From contig NC_068983.1 of assembly GCF_001194135.2 (NCBI RefSeq), positions 104,695,506 to 104,744,093 on the forward strand: DNA of 48,588 bases. Reading direction: 5' to 3'. Under the pieces are notes generated by a model. The model ran no database searches. It saw only the letters and a program-made list of their open reading frames with translations, and was not told the origin of the DNA. The translations under genes and the position numbers were made by a program. Of the stretch, positions 13,161 to 25,899 are shown piece by piece. The number at the start of each line of letters is the position of its first letter. The first letter of the stretch is position 1. This DNA is from Octopus bimaculoides (lineage: Eukaryota).

Positions 13161-13483
13161 GGAGCACTCCGTCGGTTACGAAAACGAGGGTCCCAGCTGA
13201 TACGATCAATGGAACAGCTTGCTCGTGAAATTAACGTGCAAATGGCTGAGCACACAAACACGTGTACCCTTAACATAGTTCTCAGGGAGATTCAGCGTGA
13301 CACACAGTGTGACAAGGTTAGCCCTTTGAAATACAGGTACTACTCATTTTTGCCAGCTGAGTGACCTGGAGCAATGTGAAAATAAAGTGTCTTGTTCAAG
13401 AACACAACGCGTCGCCGGGAATTGAACTCACGACATTACGATCATAAGCCTAATGCCCTAACCACTAAGCCACGCACCTTCAC
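13161..13483 (-). mobile_element. Chimeric SINE: family D head/CORE-like domain plus family A 3' half
   Basis: Head gtgaaggtgcgtggcttagtggttagg…ttgtgttcttgaacaagacac…cagctggcaaaaatgagta as in 22965-23323, then tacctgtatttcaaagggc…cgacggagtgc as in family A. Confidence 0.85.
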
Positions 13484-13499
13484 GTATATATATAATATA

Positions 13500-13560
<61 letters not shown>

Positions 13561-14597
13561 TCTATATATATGTGTATATANNNNNNNNNNNNNNNNNNNN
13601 NNNNNNNNNNNNNNNNNNNNNNNNNNNNNNNNNNNNNNNNNNNNNNNNNNNNNNNNNNNNNNNNNNNNNNNNNNNNNNNNNNNNNNNNNNNNNNNNNNNN
13701 NNNNNNNNNNNNNNNNNNNNNNNNNNNNNNNNNNNNNNNNNNNNNNNNNNNNNNNNNNNNNNATATATCTCACTATATATATATATATCTCACTATATAT
13801 TTACTTACATATGTATGTATATGTTTATACATATACTTACATCTATACATACATGTATGTGTGCGTACGTGTGTATCTGTGCGTGTGTGTGTGTTTATAT
13901 ACATACATACAAATGGATATGTAGCTATATAAATTGTGAAATACCCACAGAAGATTGATTCGATTTGATAGTTGTGTCTGAAGTCGCATCTGTGAGATGC
14001 TGTGAAGGAGAATGAACGTCTGAAACCCAGTATTATATTGCAAATAATTTAGTAAACAAACAGACGAACGAAATCTATTTCCAACAGATTTCGAATTCAG
14101 CAAAATGTTTTCAATTGGCTCGTCCTGTCACCTTCTTTTAGCTAATTCTTCTTGAGGGATGGGTTACTTGTGGCAAGTTAAAATATATTATAATACTTTA
14201 CTATCTTATCTGAACAGTAGCGCAGTAGTGTATTCGTTAATTGAGCGTAATCAGTAACTGAAAACAAACAAAATAAATAAATAAATAAAAACAAAATAGA
14301 ATATTTTTTCATTACATTTGTGTTTGTGAGCAATGCTCAACATCTTGGAAATACATCGATAGAGGTAGTAATGAATAGGTAGTGGTGAATAGATATAAAG
14401 ATGTGTGGAAGGAACTAGAGGCTTAGGTTGGTACAAGAGAAGATGTTTTTATATATATATAAATACAGTGTACATTTAAAGACATAAGAGATGGCCATAA
14501 TAGGCCATCTAACCCGCTAGAAGAAGTAGTTAAAATCCAAACCACTATTAGGGGTAATTTCGAAAGGGAATGAAAAATAAAAGCATTTACCATCTAG

Positions 14598-14670
14598 TTC
14601 CTGTACCATGGTTTCAAGCTATCTTCAGCAAATAAAATAATTTGCTAGGCGCAGCTATCATCAGCAGGAA
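14598..14670 (-). ncRNA. Candidate type I hammerhead ribozyme (Penelope-type, palindromic stem III)
   Basis: Minus strand: UUCCUG CUGAUGA UAGCU…AGCUU GAAA CCAUGG U A^ CAGGAA. Stem I is 6 bp, stem III is ACC/GGU with palindrome ACCAUGGU, and the cleavage triplet is GUA. Confidence 0.7.
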
Positions 14671-15045
14671 AGCCAAGATTAACATATAAATACGAGGCAA
14701 TACAGAACATGCCTCGGCATTTTTTCTATATATATAGAACCCAGATCCAAGGCTCTTTCATTGGAACTTCAACAACATTAACAGGGAATGTATGTATGTA
14801 TGTATGTATGTATGAGTGTGTGTGCGTGCGTGCGCGTATGTGTGTGTGTTCCGCTTGGTTATAACCAGAACAAAATGACTCTGATGAAAGTAACATTAAT
14901 TCTCTCGGACGTTTAATATTTCTCAACTGGTCAGTGAGAAATAGAGTAAACCAATCAATAACGAACATATAATGATTACGGGAAAGCGGTACGTCAAGTT
15001 TACTATAATAAAAAAAAAAATGTAACGACCATTAATTATGCCTTA

Positions 15046-15086
<41 letters not shown>

Positions 15087-16320
15087 TATGCATATATAAT
15101 ACTAAATGTAGCAGTCCTATAGAAGACGCTGTTACTGTTGTTTTTAGCCCCGGAAGACATCTTCTCCAGCTGGCCAACGACACACAGTCTGTGTCCGATT
15201 AGTATTTGCACACGCACACACACTTGCACACTCATATATATGTATGTATTTATGTATGTATGCATGCATGCATGTATGTATGTATTTGTTTTGGGGATGA
15301 CTTTAAACTGCATCGGGTAGGGAAGCCCGTTTCAGGAGTTCCGGGGTTTTGAGGAGTGTAGAATCACCTCTTAGCCATTATTGCTTCCAGAGCTACTCTG
15401 ATCCAGAACTGTAGCACCTCTCAGGGTCCTAGCTATAGGTTAATCAGCATGCCTATAGTAAAATAAGGAACGTATGACGTCTTGGTCATTCACGCCATTC
15501 CCAGTCGTCTTGCCACTGGATTGAAGATGGTTACAGACGAGAGTGTGGGTTTGATGGTGCGTGACTCTTCTTAATTTTAAACAAAGTCACTGCGCAAGTC
15601 ATTAATAATCCTTTAGCATAAATGGTGGTTCCCCTCCCTTCGACGGATGAATACTTGGCAAAAAAAATGATGAACACCTTTAATCGAATGCTGAATCTTA
15701 TTGGATTCTGATCAATTTGACTAATCCCGGAGGAACAAGCTGCCAATCTGCTTCAATACTCAACAATTTCAGTATCTACAGAAGACTGGAGCTAATAATT
15801 TGCATACGATAAGTGTATAGTTTTTTTGTTTTTTTATGCTCGTCTGTTGTCGATGTATACGTGCATACATTTTGCAAGAGAGGGCAAGCGCATCTTCTCT
15901 ATCGCCCACCTTTCTCTCTCTCCCTCTGTATGTATATATATATATATATATATATNNNNNNNNNNNNNNNNNNNNNNNNNNNNNNNNNNNNNNNNNNNNN
16001 NNNNNNNNNNNNNNNNNNNNNNNNNNNNNNNNNNNNNNNNNNNNNNNNNNNNNNNNNNNNNNNNNNNNNNNNNNNNNNNNNNNNNNNNNNNNNNNNNNNN
16101 NNNNNNNNNNNNNNNNNNNNNNNNNNNNNNNNNNNNNNNNNNNNNNNNNNNNNNNNNNNNNNNNNNNNNNNNNNNNNNNNNNNNNNNNNNNNNNNNNNNN
16201 NNNNNNNNNNNNNNNNNNNNNNNNNNNNNNNNNNNNNNNNNNNNNNNNNNNNNNNNNNNNNNNNNNNNNNNNNNNNNNNNNNNNNNNNNNNNNNNNNNNN
16301 NNNNNNNNNNNNNNNNNNNN

Positions 16321-16371
<51 letters not shown>

Positions 16372-16424
16372 AGGGAGAGAGTTAGTTCGATAGATAGATA
16401 GATAGATATGGCGATATCATTTAT

Positions 16425-16770
16425 CTGTTTCTTCTTTCAGCTATTAGGCGGCGGTCATACTGGGGCACCACCTTGAAGAATTTTAGTCGAACGAATCGAC
16501 CCAAGTAATTACTTTTCATAAACCTGGTATATATCCTACTGGTTTATTTTGCAGAACCGGTAAGTTATGTGGACGTAAATACATTAACACCGATTGTCAA
16601 ACGGTGGTAGGACACACACACACACACACACACACACACGTATACGACTGGTTTTCTTCAATTTCTGTCTACCAGATTCACTCACAAGGCTTTGGTCGGC
16701 TCGAGGTACCACGCAGTGGAACTGAGTCAGGAAGAATGCGGTCGGGAAGCAAACGTCTTACAACACAACC
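16425..16770 (-). mobile_element. Old, internally deleted SINE family B-related copy
   Basis: Degenerate matches to family B: catactggggcaccacctt, gacgtaaatac, ctgtctaccagattcactcacaaggctttggtcggctcgagg. Confidence 0.7.
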
Positions 16771-17050
16771 TCTCCCCTACCCCACACAGAAGGAAGAACA
16801 TAGCTAAAGAGAGAGAAAGGGGAAGAAAGAGAATTAGAGAAAAACCAAAGGGAGCGAGAGAGGAAGAGAGAGAAAGAAAAAGAAGAAAATAACTGAAATA
16901 AAGAGAGAATGAAAGAGAAATTAAGAAGTAGAGAGGCATGGAAAAAGAATGGATGGAGGAAATAAAGAATGAAGCACTTGAAACTAAAAGATTCTTTCAA
17001 AAAAGGCGAATGAGATATCAAAAAATTATTAATATTTCAATGAAATTTAA

Positions 17051-17235
17051 GGCGACTAGCTGACAGAATCATTAGCACGCCGGGCGGCTTTTCGTCTGTC
17101 TCCGTGTTCTGAGCTCAAATTCCGTTGAGGTTGACTTTGCCTTTCATGCTCGATAAAATAAGTACTAGTTGTCAGTTGTAATCGACTTACTCCCTTCCCG
17201 AACTTGCTGGCCTTGTGGCAAAATTTGAAGCCAAT
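17051..17235 (+). mobile_element. SINE family C copy (degenerate, with deletions)
   Basis: ggcgactagctgacagaatcattagcacgccgggc…gagctcaaattccgttgaggttgactttgcctttcat…gtaatcgactt…ggccttgtggcaaaatttgaagcc. Confidence 0.8.
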
Positions 17236-17431
17236 GTTTCGATGAGCAGTAGTTTTGTCAACCCATTATTCATAGGTATCGCTCATTTCAGAAAGGAATC
17301 AAGTTCAGTAATTTACAGAATATGTAGGAATTATTACGCAGAAAATTGGTGCTTATTTCATGGTATGTTAATATGTGAAACGCACGAAAGTTTTCTGCTA
17401 GACCTTGAGAAATTTCAACATAGAAGAGGTG

Positions 17432-17433
<2 letters not shown>

Positions 17434-17506
<73 letters not shown>
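17434..17506. repeat. (GA)n microsatellite
   Basis: Direct reading. Confidence 0.95.
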
Positions 17507-17509
<3 letters not shown>

Positions 17510-17718
17510 GAACTAAAACAAAACAAAACAAAAAAATCGAAAGAGACCTAGCATCAATGAAAACTTATTACAACCAGCAAAGTGGAACTAAAGCTTTAAT
17601 TACGTAAGATTAACCTCCCCCAAACAAAACCACCAGCTGCTTGAAGCTTATTTGTTATTAGGGTACAATTTCAAATTATTAAATATCATTTCCGTCAATT
17701 TCTTAATGCCTTTTATAC

Positions 17719-17750
17719 TACAGCACTGGCCAAAATTATGGGTATCCATG
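17719..17750 (+). mobile_element. Possible solo Tc1-like terminal inverted repeat after a TA
   Basis: ta|cagcactggccaaaattatgggtatcc resembles Tc1-type ends (CAGT.CTGGCCAAAA). No partner TIR was found in the window. Confidence 0.35.
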
Positions 17751-18799
17751 ATTAAATAAACATTTCACAAGATTTTAAAGACTTCTTAAACTAAATATAT
17801 TCGATTCTAGTAACCTATTAAAAAATAATGGGAAAGTTAAAAATATTGCCTAATTAGGAATGACATTTGAATAAGTTAAACTGAATTATTTTTAAGGATA
17901 ATTTTCTTAGTCTTTTACATATTTAAACATTGGTTGAACATGTCAAAACGTTATTTCTTATACAAAAGTTATCTTTCCCTGTTTACGCAACAAAAGGGAA
18001 TGGGCGTTCTAATCCATTTGCATTTTGAAAACAATACCATTATTTCTACTCATAATATTTTATATATTATGGTTTATGCGACAGAAATACCATGAACTCA
18101 TAATTTTAAAAAAATATACGAAGTAATGATTTTTACAGATCTTTTTGAATGCAATTGTAAGATATCGCACGCTGAAATTAATTCATGCAAGGACCGCTGC
18201 ACAAACATTAGGCTAGGAATAATTTTTAAAACGCATGATATACTTTTCGGTTAATCGCTTCAGTTGTTAGATAACGAACTTTGTTTTAAAGTTCAGTTGA
18301 ATGAATACTCCTGAAGCTCAAACAGCATAAGTATCCCAGTGCTATTAATTCAGAGCCAAATGTATTAGTTAACTTTTAATAGTTAAACTAATGTAAAGAA
18401 ACCATTATGAAATTAAAAAAAAGGGTTAACTAACGCCAACAAACAAAGGCAGTGGAAATGGGTTCATTGGCATGTTGCGTTCAAATTTGAGATTTCCATT
18501 CTGTTCGAAGCAGAAGAGAAATTTATCTTACATAATTGAGTGAGAGAATGATAGTAAATAAAACAGTCTCCGGTAATATTTCACTATTTTGAACAGTTTA
18601 AAACGAAATAAAAATGAAAAAAGTACTACTTTTAAGTCATGCCTTTCGCAATGCTCTATGCATTTTATATTACATATTTCAAGAGTTGACAATTACACTA
18701 AAATTGGCTCCCACCACCAAAAAAACAATTGTATACTCATTCATCCATTCATCTGCATTGCTCATTTATTCCTGTGGGATCTGTGGAAGCAAAGTCTTT

Positions 18800-19180
18800 A
18801 GGTACACCTTCTTAAGAGTCTTATCAGAAGCAGCCGTCAGCAAAATGATTCGGCTGTTCCCAAATGAAACCAGCCGAAGCTATGGATATTATCCAACTAT
18901 TTCGCTCATGGGTTACATCAATTTCTCTTTCCAGTTGGTCTTTCCCGTAAATTCTGTTGTGTACTTCATTTCTCATACATTTTAACCACATGCACGCAGT
19001 AACAGAGTTGGGGGCCTCTCAACGCGGAGAAGTAGCTGCTTGATTTGAAAGGACTCCCTGAACTCTGAACTCCGCACCTTCTCGAGTAATGTTACTCCAG
19101 CGACTCTGCTGAGGCATTCCTTTCTGTCCGCTTGTATTCACAATCGTATTCTAACAGTTGCTACCCATGATACTTGATAA
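18800..19180 (-). mobile_element. Degenerate RTE/RTEX (Expander-like) LINE 3' fragment
   Basis: Minus-strand translation includes RVAGVTLLEKVRSSEFRESFQIKQLLLRVERPQL…RPTGKR, with stops and frameshifts. Confidence 0.7.
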
Positions 19181-19335
19181 CAGGTAAGGGTATTCAGAAA
19201 ACAACAGTATATATTATAGAAATTTTTCCAATACGTAACGAAAACTTTGGTTGGTATTTCAGCTAAATTCTAATGAAATAAAATTAAGGTATCAACAATT
19301 TTATTTTTTCTTGGAAATATTTGATATATTTATAA

Positions 19336-19533
19336 GGTGGCAGGTTGGTAGAATCGTTAGCACGCTGGGCAAAATGCTTCACGTTCTAAGTTTAATTTCC
19401 GCCCAGGTCGATTTTGACTTTCATCCTTTCGGGGTCAATAAAATAAGTACCAGTTGAACGCTAGAGTCGATGCAATCGACTTGACCCCTCTCCCGAAATT
19501 GCTGTCCTTGTGCCAAAATTTGAAACTAATATT
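19336..19533 (+). mobile_element. SINE family C copy
   Basis: ggtggcaggttggtagaatcgttagcacgctgggc…gtcgattttgactttcatcctttcggggtcaataaaataagtaccagttgaacgctagagtcgatgcaatcgactt. Confidence 0.85.
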
Positions 19534-20167
19534 TCATATATTTATCAAATATCCCACAATCTTTCTGGAAAGATGTGTTTGTAGTCGGAGTAGAGGATAC
19601 AGATTATTCAGTTGGGCTTCCTATACGTTAGAGCAACCAACATTTTCTATGTCAACATTGGCCTCTATTTTTGCAGGAGACGATAAAGTATGTAAGAATA
19701 ATATATTGGGTCGATTCAATTGAATGTAATTCTCTTTCGCAATAATTCTGCTTAGTGAAAATAAATAAAAATTTCACCAATAATTCTATTCTTGTAACAA
19801 TAAATGATCTTTATTTTTTCATATAATTTAATATATTACACCACACTACACTGTTTACCATAAATCTAAACTTATTACGATACATTATTACAATATATAT
19901 TTCATAACTATTTATATTGTATTACACTTCTGCGTATACCTTACAAATATATAAATAGTATTACCTAACATTGTTTAGTTTATAATGACATAATACTTTG
20001 TAGTCTTTACCTTAGAGTTACAAATATTATATTGCGCTATTGTATATTTCTTATGATATGCTATATCACGTCACAATCATTACTTTATAATTACATATAT
20101 TTCATTGCATTGTATTTTATAACTCATTATTACATATAATGTACAGAGAGGTGGTATGTAGTCACGT

Positions 20168-20250
20168 CGCCTGTTGGATATAGCAGATAAACCTCAGTCA
20201 AATTATACTCTATTATCTTAAAAGGGGAAAGACACATGGGATTATATACA
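20168..20250 (+). mobile_element. Ancient dispersed repeat fragment (also at ~38793-38885; weakly at ~14500-14570)
   Basis: Shared pattern atagcag..aaa.ctc..tc.aat…t.ttaaaa.ggg.a.gaca.at.g between the copies. Confidence 0.45.
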
Positions 20251-21255
20251 AGGTGTTTATAATTTTTTTAACTAACATTGAAGACTGTGAAGTCTTGTAT
20301 AAAATAAATGAAGAATAGGACTTTTTTTTTCGTAAAAAAGAGAAGCGAGAAAAAGAAGAAAGAAAGAATAAAATAAAATAAAAAATTAAAAATGACTACA
20401 CACTACTACACATTCACTCGCCAATCACTCATAAAATTTTAATACAGTTATAATATGCTCTTGTGGTTCCACAAGAGGATTACTTCACATCTGCACACTC
20501 ATGGAAAAGCATCCACTTTTTATAAGACTCATCTTGCTTACTTTTATTGTAAGATCTGTTTTTTTTTTTTCAATAAGATACCTGTCTTGAACAAAGTATC
20601 TAAAATTTTTGAGGTTAAGAGTAGGTGTCTATAATTTACCTTTATAATTGGAAATTTCAGGAAATAAAAAGTGAAAAATATTTGTAACTCAGCAGAGTTT
20701 ATTAGTAAACAAAGTTTTATTAGAAATATAAGAACACTTTCACGTTGGTTGCACGTAGCACATCTAGATGATACAATACAATAAATTGTCAAAGTTGTTA
20801 AGGTAATTTATGAACACCATATATATATATATATATACTACATATAATATTTATAAACAAACCCGAAAGGCTTTGTAAGTTACGAAGAGAAAGCTGTATA
20901 ATAATATATCATAATAATATTTATTCTCCGATTTGAATCGATAATTTTTAAAAACAAGCAAACGTCCGAAAAATAATGAGCTAACCTCAGGCAGAATCGA
21001 ACGCACAAATCAACGCTTATACAGATCCTTGCGCATCCGATTGGCCCAACGTTCACCCAGCGACTTCAGTCGCTTTTAGTTAATATATACTTAAACTGTC
21101 TAATACTACATAGAATATTTATAAACAAACCCGAAAGGCTTTGTAACTTACGGAGAGAACGCTACTATGGAAAACTCATAGTATAATATTCTTTTCTACT
21201 CTAGAAAAGAATATTATTTGTGCCTAGAGTAGAAAAGAATATTTGTATTGACAAA

Positions 21256-21474
21256 GGCGGCGAGCGAGCAGAAACGTTAGCAAGCCAGGCGAAATGTTTA
21301 GCGGTATTTCGTCTGTCTTCATGTTCTGAGTTCAAATTCCGCCAAGGTCGACTTTGCCTTTCATCCTTTCGGGGTTGATAAATTAAGTACCAGTTGCGAG
21401 CTGGCGTCGATCTAATCGACTGGCCCACCTCCCCAAAACTTTCGGGCCTTGCGCCTAGAGTAGAAAAGAACATT
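21256..21474 (+). mobile_element. Near full-length SINE family C copy
   Basis: ggcggcgagcgagcagaaacgttagc…gagttcaaattcc (B-box)…cctttcggggttgataaattaagtaccag…gcctagagtagaaaagaacatt. Confidence 0.9.
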
Positions 21475-21819
21475 TGTATTGACAGCTGAAACTTTTCGGT
21501 CGAGCACTGCAGTGTATAATATGATGTAATGTGTAGCAATAGTTTTTCAGATGCATATATTTAATATCAAAATTGTGGGAGACCTGTATGTCTGTCGTAA
21601 CAATTAGATTCATAAAGTCAACAATTTTCATCTTTACAACAAAGTACATGTATTAAATCGGTCATCTGAAGTTCATCCCTCTGCTTACAGTGGTGATCAA
21701 ATTATTTCACCAAGAAAAAAAAAACAAAAACAAAAAAACAAATCAAATCATGGCGCCTTTTTTTCATTCGTGTGTGTTTGTGGGTGTGCGTGCGTGCGTG
21801 TTTGAGAGAGGTGGGAGTA

Positions 21820-21822
<3 letters not shown>

Positions 21823-21908
<86 letters not shown>
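21823..21908. repeat. (GA)n microsatellite
   Basis: Direct reading. Confidence 0.95.
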
Positions 21909-21909
<1 letters not shown>

Positions 21910-22180
21910 CTGATATAAAGGGAGGTCATAGTAAATGAGTATGAAGGATTAAAGATGACAACTGAAATAGTCACATATGGTCGTCTGCTTCCAAATAAGT
22001 CTTCTAGTATCCGAACTGTACGTAACTCGATAGCTTAACTTTCACTGTGTTCGGCTCAGTGTTTGTAATTAACTATACTAAATAATCAACGAAGGAAGAC
22101 TTAATAATACTTGGTCAACGCTGATATAGTGCATGGAACCATGTACATATGAGCAGTCGCTCACACACACCGACACAGAA

Positions 22181-22265
<85 letters not shown>

Positions 22266-22577
22266 CACACACTCACGCACATACACACACACACATACAC
22301 ATACATACAATGAATGTATTCTCCATTTGACTCGACGTCGAGTTTCCGATTCTCGGGCCTTACAACCGTAAGTAATGTGAAATTGCTTTAATCGAAAATT
22401 TAAACTTGCTGCTGTCTCCGATCGACACAGTTATTTCTTTTTACTAGCTATACATACACACATGCATACACACGCTTACAAACACACACACACACACACA
22501 CTTGCATACGCACACGCACGTGTACGTGCGCACACATTCCTGCATACGCACACACATATATATAGATATATAGATAT

Positions 22578-22957
22578 CTCTTTTACTCTTTTACTTGTTT
22601 CAGTCATTTGACTGTGGCCATGCTGGAGCACCGCCTTTTACTACCAGGACTTATTCTTTGTAAGCCTAGTACTTATTCTATCGGTCCCTTTTACCGAACC
22701 GCTAAGTTACGGGGACGTAAACACAACAGCATCGGTTGTCAAGTGATGTTGGGGAGACAAACACAGACACACACACATGCATATATATGTATATACATAT
22801 ATACGACGGGCTTCTTTCAGTTTCCGTCTACCAAATCCACTCACAAGGCTTTGGTCGGCCCGAGGCTATAGTTGAACACACTTGCCCAAGGTGCCACGCA
22901 GTGGGACTGAACCCGGAACCATGTGGTTCGTAAGCAAGCTACTTACCACACAGTCAC
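22578..22957 (-). mobile_element. SINE family B copy
   Basis: Reverse complement of the 2531-2941 and 32598-32954 family. Confidence 0.92.
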
Positions 22958-22964
22958 AGATATA

Positions 22965-23323
22965 TTTTATTTATGATTATGCGTCCTTTTAAAGCCTAGC
23001 CAGGCTCATGGGCCCGTTTTCCCGCTTTCTATGGCATATGTGTTCCCCGTCCCCCAGCTGGACGGGACGCCAGTCCATCGCAGAAAATAAATGCGCCCTT
23101 TTAAAGCCTAGCGAGGCTCATAAGCCCGGTTTTCCGGTTTCAATGGCGTATGTGTTCCCCAGACCATCACAGGATTACTCATGTTTGCCAGCTGAGTGGA
23201 CTGGAGCAACGTGAAATGAAGTGTTTTGCTCAAGAACACAACGCGTCACCCGGTCCAAGAATCGAAACCACAATCTCACGATCATGATGCTGACATTCTA
23301 ACCACTAAGCCACGCGTCTCCAC
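22965..23323 (-). mobile_element. SINE family D copy with duplicated 3' module
   Basis: Head gtggagacgcgtggcttagtggttag…gtggtttcgattc; CORE-like ttgtgttcttgagcaaaacacttcatttcacgttgctccagtccactcagctgg; 3' module present twice (22981-23048 and 23093-23160). Confidence 0.88.
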
Positions 23324-23785
23324 TATAGATATATATTTATATATATTTGTATATTTGTATGCATGTATACAAACACATATATACATATGTATATGTGTGA
23401 ATGTATGTATGTATGTATGTATGTATGTATGTATGTATGTATGTATGTATGTGCGTATACGCAATGAAAAGAAGAAGACAAAGAAAATTCTTTAGCACTT
23501 CTTTATAAGTTACATATGTTTCCGTACTATCTCCATTTGCGAAAATTCTGAAAGAAAGATTATGTAATATTTGCGGTTTTAGGCATTGAAGTCAAAGGAT
23601 GAGGATTTTAAACATGTATGGTGTGGTGGTGGCGGGGGGGGGGGGCCCAAAATTTATGACCTTTGTGTGTTTCGGCACTTTGAGAGAGATACAAGTAGGA
23701 ATAGTAAAAGACGAACTTACAAAACAGAAAAGTACACATAGATACGCACACACGTATACATACTCAGCGAACGCAGACACACCCG

Positions 23786-23834
<49 letters not shown>

Positions 23835-24442
23835 GCATACACACTGATACTCGTACACACACTCACATACGCGCACAGACACAGACCTACAGAACACACA
23901 CACATATATATATGTATATATATGCATGTATACGTGCATACACACACACAGCGAGACTCCCACCCGATCGTATAGATATATCAGTACATCCATACAGACA
24001 GGTATATACGTTCATGCATACATACAAGCATACATATATACACACACACATACATGGATATGTACATACATGCATGCACACACCCATACACATACGTACA
24101 TACATAAATAAACACATACACCGATGCATATATACAAACAAATGTTCATACACACACATATCTATATATATATACACACATATATGCATATATATCTATA
24201 CACATATACACATATATGCACTCACATTTATACCTGGATATATATTCGCACACACATTTGTGGTAAATTAATTAGAGAATGGACAGAGTAATTCCAAACT
24301 GCATATAATTATACAGGTAAGGTTAAAATAAGAATTTAAAAACCCCCCGAAAGTACGGGTGATACACATATATCTCTATACGCACATAAGCCCCCCCACA
24401 CATATATACCTATATATGTCCATACACATATAGGTATATGTG

Positions 24443-24505
<63 letters not shown>

Positions 24506-24568
24506 GTGTGTGCGTGCGTGCGTGTGTGTGTGTGTGTGTTTTCAAGCCTCTCTCTCACTCTATGTATG

Positions 24569-24599
<31 letters not shown>

Positions 24600-25899
24600 C
24601 TAAGTGTCTGTGTGTCAACGTTTATCTTGAAACAATCTCATAATTTCTCAACGAACTGTTTCCAAAATATGAACACAAATCTGAAATCATTCCGAAATAC
24701 TGCACGAAGTAAAGTAATTCTGAGTCCCACAAATCTAGAGCAAAATAAGAGCTTTCAGGAAAAGAGACGGCAAAAAAACTGATAGTTAAAAGTGACTGAT
24801 ACAAAAGGACTGCGAATATGAAGTTCGAAAAAGTTTTGTCCGTTAATAACGTCATGTTTCTTGCTGTCTTTCCTTTTTATCTCCTCTTTCTTTTTGCAAT
24901 TCTTTCCTTCTTCTTCTGTCTCACACACAACCCACACAAATACACACTTTCTCTCCCGTTTGTCTTAGACGATAATATGTAGTCAGTATATCTTCTAATA
25001 CTGCAATCATTTACAAAGCATTTCTTTGAAAATTAGTGTACAAATTAAAATGAAAGTCTGAGAAATTTATCAATTGTTTCATATTTAAATTTGCATATGT
25101 ATTTAAATGTTCCGATATTTTGTTCAATGAATTTTTATAATGCCTGAAAAAAATGTTATATGTGCATATTTGTATGAATATATGCATGCACATATGTATG
25201 TATATACATAAATGCACACACTTATATAAGTATATTTAAGAATTACCTCTACGTTTATCAGTATTAGCTAACCAATCCTAACACTACCAAATCCTTTATA
25301 AATTTTTATTACGAATCCTTTTAAATTCAGTCTCTACCAACGCAGACACTCATTCCGTAATCCTGCTAGATCTACAAAACCCTATTGTTGAAATACATCT
25401 GGAAGCTTAAGAACGCTATCATTAAGTTGGAAAACGACAGCTAGAACAAAATCCTACTCATGTTACCATGGATCCTGCGATTTACGTGTTGCTGAGAATA
25501 TCAGAATCTCTTCTTCCTGTTAAGTGATTCATAAGAGTTTCTTTATGTTCACTCAAGACACCACCTGATACTTCCAACCACAAGTGAAGTTTCGTTACCC
25601 TCACGAGCGATTACGCTAAACATTCTTCCTCGATTTCTCTTCAAGCCCACCTCCAGTTTGACCACCACCTTCACACACACTCATGCCCAATACTGTGCAT
25701 AAGCATATGCATACTCACCATCACATCATCAAAATCTTCTCTCATACCAATACATAACTTATATATAAGCTCTCCCACCTCACAGTCATGCACACGGTGT
25801 GCACTGTGTGGATGAAGGTGCTTTTCTCGCATCGAGTCACCTCCACTTGTCCACATGTCCTCATGTTCACATGTGTACATGTATATATAGAGAAATTTC

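Noticed and set aside
14883-14916. CUGAUGA-AAG…CUCU-CGGACGUU as an active hammerhead
   Set aside because: The GAAA box is broken and stem I is absent; kept only as a possible fossil.
21059-21085. Helitron 3' end (hairpin plus CTRR)
   Set aside because: The hairpin is only 6 bp and no CTRR terminus lies at the expected distance.
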